In this document: in pieces, positions 49,789 to 57,626 of the stretch | Layout: each line of letters begins with the position of its first letter | How positions within the stretch are numbered: the stretch's first letter is position 1 | Assembly: GCA_964399075.1 (NCBI GenBank) | Contig: CAYNPK010000001.1 | Coordinates: 160,961 to 224,960 of the forward strand | Length of the DNA: 64,000 nt | Source of the DNA: an uncultured Candidatus Saccharibacteria bacterium | GTDB lineage: Bacteria; Patescibacteriota; Minisyncoccia; Phycocordibacterales; JACOZG01 | Direction of reading: 5' to 3' | Program-made: the position numbers and the translations under genes | The notes under the pieces: model-generated | The model's input: only the letters and a program-made list of their open reading frames with translations | Database searches by the model: none | What the model was told of the DNA's origin: nothing

Positions 49789-50067
49789 TCAGAGCCAAGC
49801 CAGTCGAGCAAGGTTGTCATTTTTAGCAATTTTATTAACTTTTTGGTGACCGCACAACTCACAGCGATGAACGAGGCTAATCCCACCGTCTCTGATTTCA
49901 TAACCGACCGGTGGCATCAAGCCACCACAAGTTGCCGCCCTATCGCCGGGATTAATATCTACGTGTTTGCTCCACAAACATTCTGGACAATGGTTGGTGT
50001 AGCCACTGCCCTCAACCTCCAGACCACAGTGATCACAAACAAAATCTTCTACTGTTTTAATAAACAT
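49789..50067 (-). CDS. RNHCP-domain zinc-binding protein
   Basis: FVCDHCG, TNHCPECLWSKHVD, PGDRA..CGG, HRCELCG. Confidence 0.88.
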   Translation of the reverse strand: MFIKTVEDFVCDHCGLEVEGSGYTNHCPECLWSKHVDINPGDRAATCGGLMPPVGYEIRDGGISLVHRCELCGHQKVNKIAKNDNLARLAWL

Positions 50068-50091
50068 CGTAATGTAAGTAATGACAGAGAA

Positions 50092-50652
50092 TCAAAGTCC
50101 TTGATTCTTTGAACTTTTAGCGCGGTGGATGAGTTCATCACGAAGTTGTTCGGCAACTTCACGAGAGAGTCCGGGTAATCTACCCTCGGCAGCTAACCCC
50201 AGCGCACCATGACGAGAATATTGCGCGCTAGCGCCGGCGGTTTGTACATGTAGATCAGAGAGGCCAAGAATCCGCGCCACCACTCCTCGATAGATATCTA
50301 CATTTTGGATTCTATCGTAAGGAATGGTTACATACTTTTTCCAAATTATTCCGAGCTCTTTCCTAAAGCCATCTTCTGTTAATTCATAACGGTAAAAATG
50401 ATAAGTTAACTTTGCGTATATAAACCCAATAATTAGGAAAACTGGAACAATAATCCATAACCAATCTAGGGACCCGAGAGAAAGAGAAAATTCACCATCT
50501 ACTTGGCTATTTTCACTAAGAAGACTGAAAATAATGACCGATAACCATGTACTCAAAAACACTAAAGCAATAAACCACCTCAAAAGAAAACTTATAAAAA
50601 ATAACCAAACGGCTTTTTGATCAAGTTGTTGTCTCATAAATTTAGATGACAA
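50092..50652 (-). CDS. Membrane protein with bacterial PH (bPH_2) domain
   Basis: Two TMs, then GIIWKKYVTIPYDRIQNVDI...QTAG. Confidence 0.85.
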   Translation of the reverse strand: MSSKFMRQQLDQKAVWLFFISFLLRWFIALVFLSTWLSVIIFSLLSENSQVDGEFSLSLGSLDWLWIIVPVFLIIGFIYAKLTYHFYRYELTEDGFRKELGIIWKKYVTIPYDRIQNVDIYRGVVARILGLSDLHVQTAGASAQYSRHGALGLAAEGRLPGLSREVAEQLRDELIHRAKSSKNQGL

Positions 50653-50928
50653 TAATAATTATTTAATCGAAAGATTGACCAGTTTAACTATAGCACACGA
50701 CATCTAAATAGAAAATTCTACTAAAACTCTATTTCTTCACTAAAATGTACAATTGTTTTACGAAATTAGAACCTGTTTTACCGACAATCTCGAATGATCT
50801 GTCACCCACCGAGCACGTGATAATAATATGCAATACTCTGACATACGCATTCGCGTCCGTGGTGACTCCAGATGTCGCCCACAAAGGACAAGGGAGGGGT
50901 TGTCGAAGGAGAGACTCCCTCCTGAAAA

Positions 50929-52248
50929 TTACGGTTCCAGTCTCTTTACTCCGCGATATAGATAGGTTACTTCACGCACATTGGTAACTCCCAAAAGCTT
51001 CATAAGCATGCGCGTTGGCCCTGGAGCGAAACCGCCATGCGGTGGACAGCCGTATTTGAAGAAGTTAAGATATGAATTAAAGCTAGACACATCAAGCCCT
51101 TGTTCTTGTATTTGTTTGGTCAGTTGTTCCATTCGATGCTCTCTCTGAGCACCACTGGTAATTTCCAAACCATTCCAAAGCAGGTCAAAACTCTTTGTAA
51201 TTGTCGGGTCATCTTCTTTACGCATACTGTAAAAAGCTCTCGCCTTAGTGGGAAATTCATGAATAAATACAAATTCAGAACCTGTTTCTTTTAGAATATG
51301 CTCACAGATAGCTCGTTCTTCTTCCGGACTCATATCACCATCTCGTTCATCAGATATGCCCATACGACCAGTTATTTCTTTCGCTTCAGCAACGGTTAAT
51401 CTAGGAAATGGGCTGGTGGGAATCTGAATTTTTCTGTGATACATCTTTTCGATTTCATCTCCATACTTTTCTTCCACCGCTTTTAGCATTGCCACAATCA
51501 TCTTTTCTTCTTCACCCATAAGATCGTGGTGCGAAGAAATGTATGACATTTCTATATCGTACATCGTAAACTCCGTATCGTGTCGTGAAGTAAAAGATGG
51601 GTTAGCCCGAAAGACAGGGCCGACTTCAAACACCTTTTCAAAACCGGACGCCATCGCCATTTGTTTATACAGCTGTGGACTCTGAGCGAGACGTGCTTCT
51701 CTGTCGAAATATTTCACTGCAAATAATTCTGCACCAGACTCAGTGGCAGTCGCTGTTAATTTTGGAGAATGTATCTCAATATAATCGTTCTCTATACAAT
51801 ATGAACGAAAAGATTGTTCCATCGTTGTCCATACTTTGAAAATTAAAGCTTTTTCTGGTTTACGTAAATCAAGCCATCTCCAATCAAGACGAATTGACTG
51901 ATCCGTTTCTTCTTGTTGTCCCTTTTCAACTATCGGTATTGGGAGATCAGGATCTGCGAGAGAAAGGATGATAATATTTTTTGCTTCAATTTCAAAACCC
52001 GACGATGCTTGTTTCTCCACTTTTGCTAACCCTCTGATTTCAATGACTGATTCGTGTGTCAATGTTTTAGAAATAGCAAACACATCTGGCTGATGTTTCG
52101 TTATGACAACTTGTACTATTCCGGTAATATCGCGTACTAAAATGAATTTAATATTCCCTTGATCGCGAATTATCTGCGCAAAACCAACAATAGTAATTAC
52201 TTCGCCAATATGTTTTTGAATATCGCGGATGTGTATTCTTGTTTTCAT
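50929..52248 (-). CDS. aspS: Aspartate--tRNA ligase, archaeal/non-discriminating type (copy 1)
   Basis: OB-fold, RLDWRWLDLR, LAQSPQLYKQ, GPVFRA, GAQREH, GCPPHGG; 439 aa, no GAD insertion. Confidence 0.93.
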   Translation of the reverse strand: MKTRIHIRDIQKHIGEVITIVGFAQIIRDQGNIKFILVRDITGIVQVVITKHQPDVFAISKTLTHESVIEIRGLAKVEKQASSGFEIEAKNIIILSLADPDLPIPIVEKGQQEETDQSIRLDWRWLDLRKPEKALIFKVWTTMEQSFRSYCIENDYIEIHSPKLTATATESGAELFAVKYFDREARLAQSPQLYKQMAMASGFEKVFEVGPVFRANPSFTSRHDTEFTMYDIEMSYISSHHDLMGEEEKMIVAMLKAVEEKYGDEIEKMYHRKIQIPTSPFPRLTVAEAKEITGRMGISDERDGDMSPEEERAICEHILKETGSEFVFIHEFPTKARAFYSMRKEDDPTITKSFDLLWNGLEITSGAQREHRMEQLTKQIQEQGLDVSSFNSYLNFFKYGCPPHGGFAPGPTRMLMKLLGVTNVREVTYLYRGVKRLEP

Positions 52249-52255
52249 AATATAA

Positions 52256-52464
52256 AAATTGCCCTTACAAAATAATAAATCAAGGTTGACGATTTTGTAA
52301 GGGCGATCTACGATCGCGGTACCACCTTACTTCATTGGATTTTTATCCAATCTCTTACCAACTTCCAGTGGTTTGAAGCTGTGACGGGCTTATCCCGGAA
52401 GATTCTACTCTCTCAAAAGTGAGATTTCTTTCCTCGGCTCGACCGTGTCAACGGTTTCATTGCC
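52256..52464 (-). promoter_or_regulatory. T-box riboswitch (Asp specifier) with transcription terminator
   Basis: T-box AAGGTGGTACCGCG (52315-52328), terminator GCCCTTACAAAAT/ATTTTGTAAGGGC with T-tract, 5' hairpin CCGT-TGAC-ACGG, upstream promoter TTGCGT-17-TATTAT. Confidence 0.85.
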
Positions 52465-52607
52465 TTTAATTAAATAATAGCAAAATCGTTAATATAACGC
52501 AAATCCTATACACACAAAGATGATTATGCTATAGTACTTCTGGAACTTCAAGATAGTCTTGAGGTATGTTCTTTTAAAATCCGATCCTGAAAGGAGGAAC
52601 AGCACGT

Positions 52608-52886
52608 ATGCGCACAGCAGAAGAAGTCATGATGCGCTGCAAGCTCATCCTCGATCAGTCGGACATCGTCCTTCTGGTCGATAAGAGTAGCAGCCCAACG
52701 GCGGCCTATGACATGGTTATAAACACAACTCACGACGACGAGACCGCGAAGGCGGCTCGCTGGCTCGGTGTATTGAAAAGGGATTACCCCGATCGGTACA
52801 CTGAAATCACCCACAGCACTCTCAGCCACGTTCAGAGGAACACGGCGAAGAAAGGAGAACGGAATGAAAACGACGTATGCAGTTGA
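52608..52886 (+). CDS. Small helical hypothetical protein, first gene of the aaRS-paralog operon
   Basis: SD AAGGAGG; overlaps the next gene's start by 23 nt. Confidence 0.7.
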   Translation: MRTAEEVMMRCKLILDQSDIVLLVDKSSSPTAAYDMVINTTHDDETAKAARWLGVLKRDYPDRYTEITHSTLSHVQRNTAKKGERNENDVCS

Positions 52887-54186
52887 CCTACTCCACAGCC
52901 CTTCGGATGGAACGACGGTTGTGCTCTACGGCTGGGTGAAAGCCCGCCGTCGGCATAATCACGTCGTTTTTCTGGACATCACGGACTCCACCGGTTCGAT
53001 GCAGTGCGTGGTCGAAGTTGGCAACAAATCAGCTTTTGAACTCGCGCGGCGCATGAGCCAAGAGACGGCAGTTAAGATCACTGGTGTCATTGCAGATACT
53101 TGCAGAGCGAACCCATCGCGAGAAATCCGCGTTCACAACATCGAGATCGTCGGAGTGAGTACGATTAATGTCTCTCCGTATCCGCGGGGAAACATCGACA
53201 TCCAAGACCCAAGGTTGCAGGAGCAACTTTTGGACAAACGGCATTTTTATCTCCGCAACGAGAAACTTGCCGCCATCCTGAAGTTTCGTCACATCCTCAC
53301 GAGGATCGTGCATCAATGGTTCCATAAGAATGGGTTCATTGAGATCCACGCTCCGGTGCTGACACCGACGCCGCTATACGACGATCGTACTGCTATGGCA
53401 ATCAAGGTACACGAGCAAGATGTATACCTAACACAGTGCGTTGGGTTCTATCTCGAACAAGCAGTTCATGCTCTCGAGAAGATCTACAACATCGGTCCCA
53501 GCTTCCGCGCCGAAGAGAGCCGCTCCAAGAGACATCTCATGGAGTACTGGCACATCAAGGCAGAGTTGGCGTTCGTGGACTTTGAGGACATGGCTTTAGT
53601 AGTCGAGCGGTTCATCCATGATGTGAGCGAGCAGTGTATCCGCGAGGGTTGCGAGCTTGCGAATATCATCGGCACCGAGGTGTGCAGTGACGGCCTTAAA
53701 ACTCCGTTTCCGCGCATTGACTACGCCGAGGCGGTGGAGTGGCTCAGGACGCAGGGTTCCGATATCGAGTTTGGCAAAAGCATGGGTTCCGACGAGGAAA
53801 CTATGCTCTGCCAGCGGTTCGGCGACACTCCGTTTTGGATTGTCGGCATTCCACGATCCATCGAACCCTTTCCTTATGTGGTTGACGCAGCCGATACTCG
53901 TCGAACGAAGACGGCTGATTTGATCGCAAGTCGAGGGTTTGGTGAGCTTCTCGGTATTGCCGAGAAGATCCATTCTCTGTCAATGCTCGATGAACGACTG
54001 GCAGAGAAAGGTAAAGCCGGTGACTCCCGCTACGAATGGTTGCGGGACCTTCGTCAATATGGCTGTGTACCGCACGGAGGCTTTGGCATGGGTCTTGAAC
54101 GGTTGATCCGTTGGCTCTTGCAGATCCCTCATGTGCGAGACACCATTCCTTTCCACCGAGCGTTCGATAGAAGGATTGATCCATGA
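52864..54186 (+). CDS. AsnRS-like class IIb aminoacyl-tRNA synthetase paralog with altered amino-acid pocket
   Basis: OB-fold (GWV..RR...FLDITDSTG..Q), LLDKRHFYLR, motif 2 GPSFRAEESRSKRHL, motif 3 PHGGFGMGLER; pocket motifs diverged. Confidence 0.85.
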   Translation: MKTTYAVDLLHSPSDGTTVVLYGWVKARRRHNHVVFLDITDSTGSMQCVVEVGNKSAFELARRMSQETAVKITGVIADTCRANPSREIRVHNIEIVGVSTINVSPYPRGNIDIQDPRLQEQLLDKRHFYLRNEKLAAILKFRHILTRIVHQWFHKNGFIEIHAPVLTPTPLYDDRTAMAIKVHEQDVYLTQCVGFYLEQAVHALEKIYNIGPSFRAEESRSKRHLMEYWHIKAELAFVDFEDMALVVERFIHDVSEQCIREGCELANIIGTEVCSDGLKTPFPRIDYAEAVEWLRTQGSDIEFGKSMGSDEETMLCQRFGDTPFWIVGIPRSIEPFPYVVDAADTRRTKTADLIASRGFGELLGIAEKIHSLSMLDERLAEKGKAGDSRYEWLRDLRQYGCVPHGGFGMGLERLIRWLLQIPHVRDTIPFHRAFDRRIDP

Positions 54187-54238
54187 ATACCCCATATATC
54201 AAGCCAATCACGGCAAGGCACACTGAAAGGAGCCCATT

Positions 54239-55546
54239 ATGCAAAGGACACTGATCAAGCAGATCGGATCCGAGGTCGGCAAGACCGTTCGGATCTGCGG
54301 ATGGGTGGAAGTGCTCCGCGATCAAAAGCGGATGCAATTCCTCATCATCCGCGATCACACCGGTAGCACGCAAGTGCTTCACGAGAAGTCGGCAAACGCC
54401 GAACTGACGGTAGCTATCGCCGACCTCACGCCTGAAAGTGCAGTGGAAATCATCGGCAAGGTTATTGCCAATCCGGTGGTCAAGCTGGGCGGGCTGGAAG
54501 TAGTGGTCGAGTCGGTAAACATCGTCAGCAAAGCAGAAGCACTTCTGCCGTTTGGCGAGAACCCGACTATCGAAACCCGGCTGGACTGGAGATTTCTGGA
54601 TCTGCGTACCCCGCAGAACCTGCTCGTCTTCAAGATCCAGACGGCGGCCGAGCACGCCATGCGTTCGTTCTGGGCATCGGAGGGGTTCATTGAAATGCAC
54701 TCCCCGAAGTTCATGGGTAGCGCAAGCGAGTCCGGTGCGGAGCTCTTCGAGGTAAAGTACTTCGATCGCAAGGCGTATCTCGCTCAATCGCCACAGTTCT
54801 ACAAACAGATGGCGATGACGGCGGGGTTCGACCGTGTGTTCGAGATTGGGCCGGTCTTTCGGGCCAACCCGTCTTTTACTTCGCGGCACGACACGGAGTT
54901 CACCAGCGTGGACGTCGAAATCTCGTGGATTGACTCCCACGAGGACGTTATGCAACTTGAGGAACGTTGGCTTCGCCACGTGCTTCAAGCGGTGAAAGCC
55001 GAGTATGGCGAGGAGATCAAGGCGACGTTCGGCACGGAGATCGCGATTCCCGAGCTTCCGTTTCCGCGCGTGACTATGGAAGAGGCGTACAATATCCTCG
55101 ACCAAATGGGTCACCGCATTGAGCGGGGCGAGAAAGGCGACCTCGATCCGGAGGGCGAGAGGCTCTTGTGTCGGCACTTCCATGAAAAGACCGGCCACGA
55201 GTTCGTCTTCGTCACCGAGTACCCCGCTGTGGTCCGGGCGTTCTACCACATGCGTCCCGAAGGCAAACCCCGTCTTACCAAGAGCTTCGACCTTCTCTGG
55301 AAGGGACTTGAGGTGACGACGGGGGCGCAAAGGGAGCATCGCTACGAAATCCTGATGGAACAAGCTAAGGAGAAGGGGCTCTCACTTGAACCCATTCAGT
55401 ACTATCTGAACTTCTTCCGCTATGGCTGTCCACCTCACGGCGGTTATGGCTTCGGCCTCACCCGCATGCTCATGGTGATGCTGGGTGCAAAAAACGTGCG
55501 CGAGGTGACATACCTCTACCGAGGCGTCAACCGACTCACTCCGTAG
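54239..55546 (+). CDS. aspS: Aspartate--tRNA ligase, archaeal/non-discriminating type (copy 2)
   Basis: RLDWRFLDLR, LAQSPQFYKQ, GPVFRANPSFTSRH, GAQREH, GCPPHGGYGFG. Confidence 0.92.
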   Translation: MQRTLIKQIGSEVGKTVRICGWVEVLRDQKRMQFLIIRDHTGSTQVLHEKSANAELTVAIADLTPESAVEIIGKVIANPVVKLGGLEVVVESVNIVSKAEALLPFGENPTIETRLDWRFLDLRTPQNLLVFKIQTAAEHAMRSFWASEGFIEMHSPKFMGSASESGAELFEVKYFDRKAYLAQSPQFYKQMAMTAGFDRVFEIGPVFRANPSFTSRHDTEFTSVDVEISWIDSHEDVMQLEERWLRHVLQAVKAEYGEEIKATFGTEIAIPELPFPRVTMEEAYNILDQMGHRIERGEKGDLDPEGERLLCRHFHEKTGHEFVFVTEYPAVVRAFYHMRPEGKPRLTKSFDLLWKGLEVTTGAQREHRYEILMEQAKEKGLSLEPIQYYLNFFRYGCPPHGGYGFGLTRMLMVMLGAKNVREVTYLYRGVNRLTP

Positions 55547-55567
55547 CAAGAAGGATCGGCAACTAAC

Positions 55568-55619
55568 AAACCCGGGAGGTTACGAGCATTTTGCTACGAG
55601 CTTCCCGGGTTTCTTTTTT
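55568..55619 (+). terminator. Hairpin with U-tract between aspS copy 2 and the amidohydrolase
   Basis: AAACCCGGGAG...CTTCCCGGGTTT followed by CTTTTTT. Confidence 0.65.
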
Positions 55620-55647
55620 CTCAACCAAACCGAAACGGAGGTAACAA

Positions 55648-56679
55648 GTGAATAGAAAGATAGACCGAGAAGCGTACCTTGCGTACGCACGAGCACTTAG
55701 CGAAAAGGAACATGGCTTAATCCGGGAGTTTCAAGGATGGCTACCGAATACAATAATCGACTGCCACGCGCACTGTAATCTGCCGGAACATGCTCATTCA
55801 ATTGATGATCGCACGTACAATCACATGCTCTCGACTTTCCCGAGCTTCAGCTTGGCAGAGTCAAAGGAATGGCACGCTTTGTTTCATCCGAACAAGACGA
55901 TACGTTCGTTGCGGTTCCCCAAGACGTTCCGAGGAATCAACCATCGAGCGGCAAATCTATACTTACTGGGACAAAGCGATGCAGATGATCGAGTTGCGCT
56001 CTACGGACTTCCCGATGATCCGGAATACACAATCGGAATGCTGGCTCATCCACGGGTATCGACGCTCAAGATGTACTACTCATACCTTGAGCCGTCGGCA
56101 ATGGAGATTTACCAGTACTTCCCGAAGGTGATTCTGGATGAAGCACAAAGGAGAGACATACCGATCATCCTGCATCCACCGAGACGAATAACGATGTGTC
56201 TTGATCAGATACTCACGTTGGCAAAAGACTTCCCCCGTTTGCGGATCTGTCTTGCCCATTTGAGCCTAACCAAGAGTGTCGTGTCTGGACTTGAGGAGGC
56301 GTTTACGGAAATTGCTCGGCTAACACGAGTACACTTCGACACGGCACTGGTGCCATCAGCAGAAGTGGTCACGATGGCCTTGCAAATTGTTGGGTCGGAT
56401 AGGATCATGTACGGCTCCGACGAGCCGCTCAACTTGATCCGCTCAACACCATATGTACACCCGGACAAGGGTGAGCGTTTAGCAACGGAGTATCCGTACC
56501 ATTGGGTTGATATGTCGGATTACCAAGCATACAAACACTTGGCAACCGGCATCACTCACGCTCATTGGCAGGCACTTCAAGCTGTGAAAACAGCCGTGTC
56601 CGCTCTTCCCGAACGGGAACAGGATATGGTGAAGCAAAAGCTCTTTCACGACAATGCAAAACTGTTCCATGGCTTCTGA
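55648..56679 (+). CDS. Metal-dependent amidohydrolase (Amidohydro_2-like TIM barrel)
   Basis: IIDCHAH, LKMY, IILH, LAH, FDTA, YGSDEP, HDNAKLF; GTG start with GGAGG SD. Confidence 0.85.
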   Translation: MNRKIDREAYLAYARALSEKEHGLIREFQGWLPNTIIDCHAHCNLPEHAHSIDDRTYNHMLSTFPSFSLAESKEWHALFHPNKTIRSLRFPKTFRGINHRAANLYLLGQSDADDRVALYGLPDDPEYTIGMLAHPRVSTLKMYYSYLEPSAMEIYQYFPKVILDEAQRRDIPIILHPPRRITMCLDQILTLAKDFPRLRICLAHLSLTKSVVSGLEEAFTEIARLTRVHFDTALVPSAEVVTMALQIVGSDRIMYGSDEPLNLIRSTPYVHPDKGERLATEYPYHWVDMSDYQAYKHLATGITHAHWQALQAVKTAVSALPEREQDMVKQKLFHDNAKLFHGF

Positions 56680-56700
56680 ACAAGAGCCACAGGAACATCA

Positions 56701-56741
56701 AAAGGCCTAATTGCGTTTTGGCAATTAGGCCTTTCTTTTTT
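56701..56741 (+). terminator. Intrinsic terminator
   Basis: AAAGGCCTAATTGC...GCAATTAGGCCTTT followed by CTTTTTT. Confidence 0.85.
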
Positions 56742-56758
56742 ATCGATTTGGTAATTTA

Positions 56759-57050
56759 TTATTCGCGGATTTTTTTGGCGAGTTCAGCTGATTTTTAATT
56801 ATCCTCTTGTTTGTGGTCGTGAAAAAATATACCCCCCATACTTTTCAAAGTGTTTTTCAAACTGCAATATCTGCGGTTCCCAATTGGACACTTTCATTCC
56901 ATGTATTGGTAATAATTTAACATAAGCGTGATTAATCCCAAAACCTTCGCAAATCATTCCGATCCTGCCAATATCTTGTAATTTAGAATCAAGTAATTTC
57001 CCCACATGCTTGATAAACTCAACAAGGTCCATCAAAATATCTTCTTTCAA
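56759..57050 (-). pseudogene. Remnant of a HIT-family hydrolase gene
   Basis: VGKLLDSKL..IGRIGMICEGFGINHAYVKLLPIHG (decayed HIT motif); no N-terminal half; out-of-frame tail AELAKKIRE*. Confidence 0.6.
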
Positions 57051-57056
57051 AATTGA

Positions 57057-57127
57057 TGCGGGATGCGGGAATCGAACCCGCGTTTTATGCTTGGGAAGCA
57101 TACATTCTACCACTGAATTAATCCCGC
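57057..57127 (-). tRNA. tRNA-Gly(CCC)
   Basis: GCGGGAT/ATCCCGC acceptor, TATGC-TTCCCAA-GCATA, GGTTCGATTCC. Confidence 0.95.
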
Positions 57128-57507
57128 TTTAATTTGAAAATCTCTAAAATTTTCTGCCACCAATTGTCATCAACAACCTCATCGGTAGAAATACTTACCA
57201 AGTCTGGAACAACAACAGTAATCACTTTTTCCCCTTCTTTAACAACGGAAAAATTATGCCGGATTGAAGCCTCAATCCCTCGATCAGTTCCTAATTTATC
57301 AAGCTCCGCCTGCAACACCTGTCGACGTTCTTCCAGATTAGCCACTCGACCCAAGAGAGCGCTCCTATCCCTTGCCACCAAATGATAACGCGCCCAACTG
57401 CCAAAGACCGAACGAGCCAGTAGAATAATCAGTAAAATAATCACCACGCTCCAAAAACCGTAGAAAAATTTACCCCTAAATTTAGGCCGATCTTGAAACT
57501 CTTTCAT
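57118..57507 (-). CDS. Septum formation initiator (FtsB/DivIC family)
   Basis: N-terminal TM, coiled coil, GIEASIRHNFSVVKEGEKVI. Confidence 0.8.
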   Translation of the reverse strand: MKEFQDRPKFRGKFFYGFWSVVIILLIILLARSVFGSWARYHLVARDRSALLGRVANLEERRQVLQAELDKLGTDRGIEASIRHNFSVVKEGEKVITVVVPDLVSISTDEVVDDNWWQKILEIFKLKRD

Positions 57508-57626
57508 CGATAATATAGTATAACACCATGATCTTCAATAAACGACATCAGAAAAAAATTCGGATAATCTGGATGATTGGCAGTATTCTGGTCATTGCTG
57601 GAATGGTCTTGCTGTACATCCCAGCC

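Noticed and set aside
49498-50112. 204-aa plus-strand ORF
   Set aside because: Antisense to clear glutaredoxin and RNHCP genes.
50700-50928. Possible small ORF or RNA downstream of aspS copy 1
   Set aside because: Only an imperfect hairpin and short unsupported frames; probably a junction remnant.
53801-55363. 520-aa minus-strand ORF
   Set aside because: Antisense shadow of the GC-rich synthetase genes; no recognisable motifs of its own.
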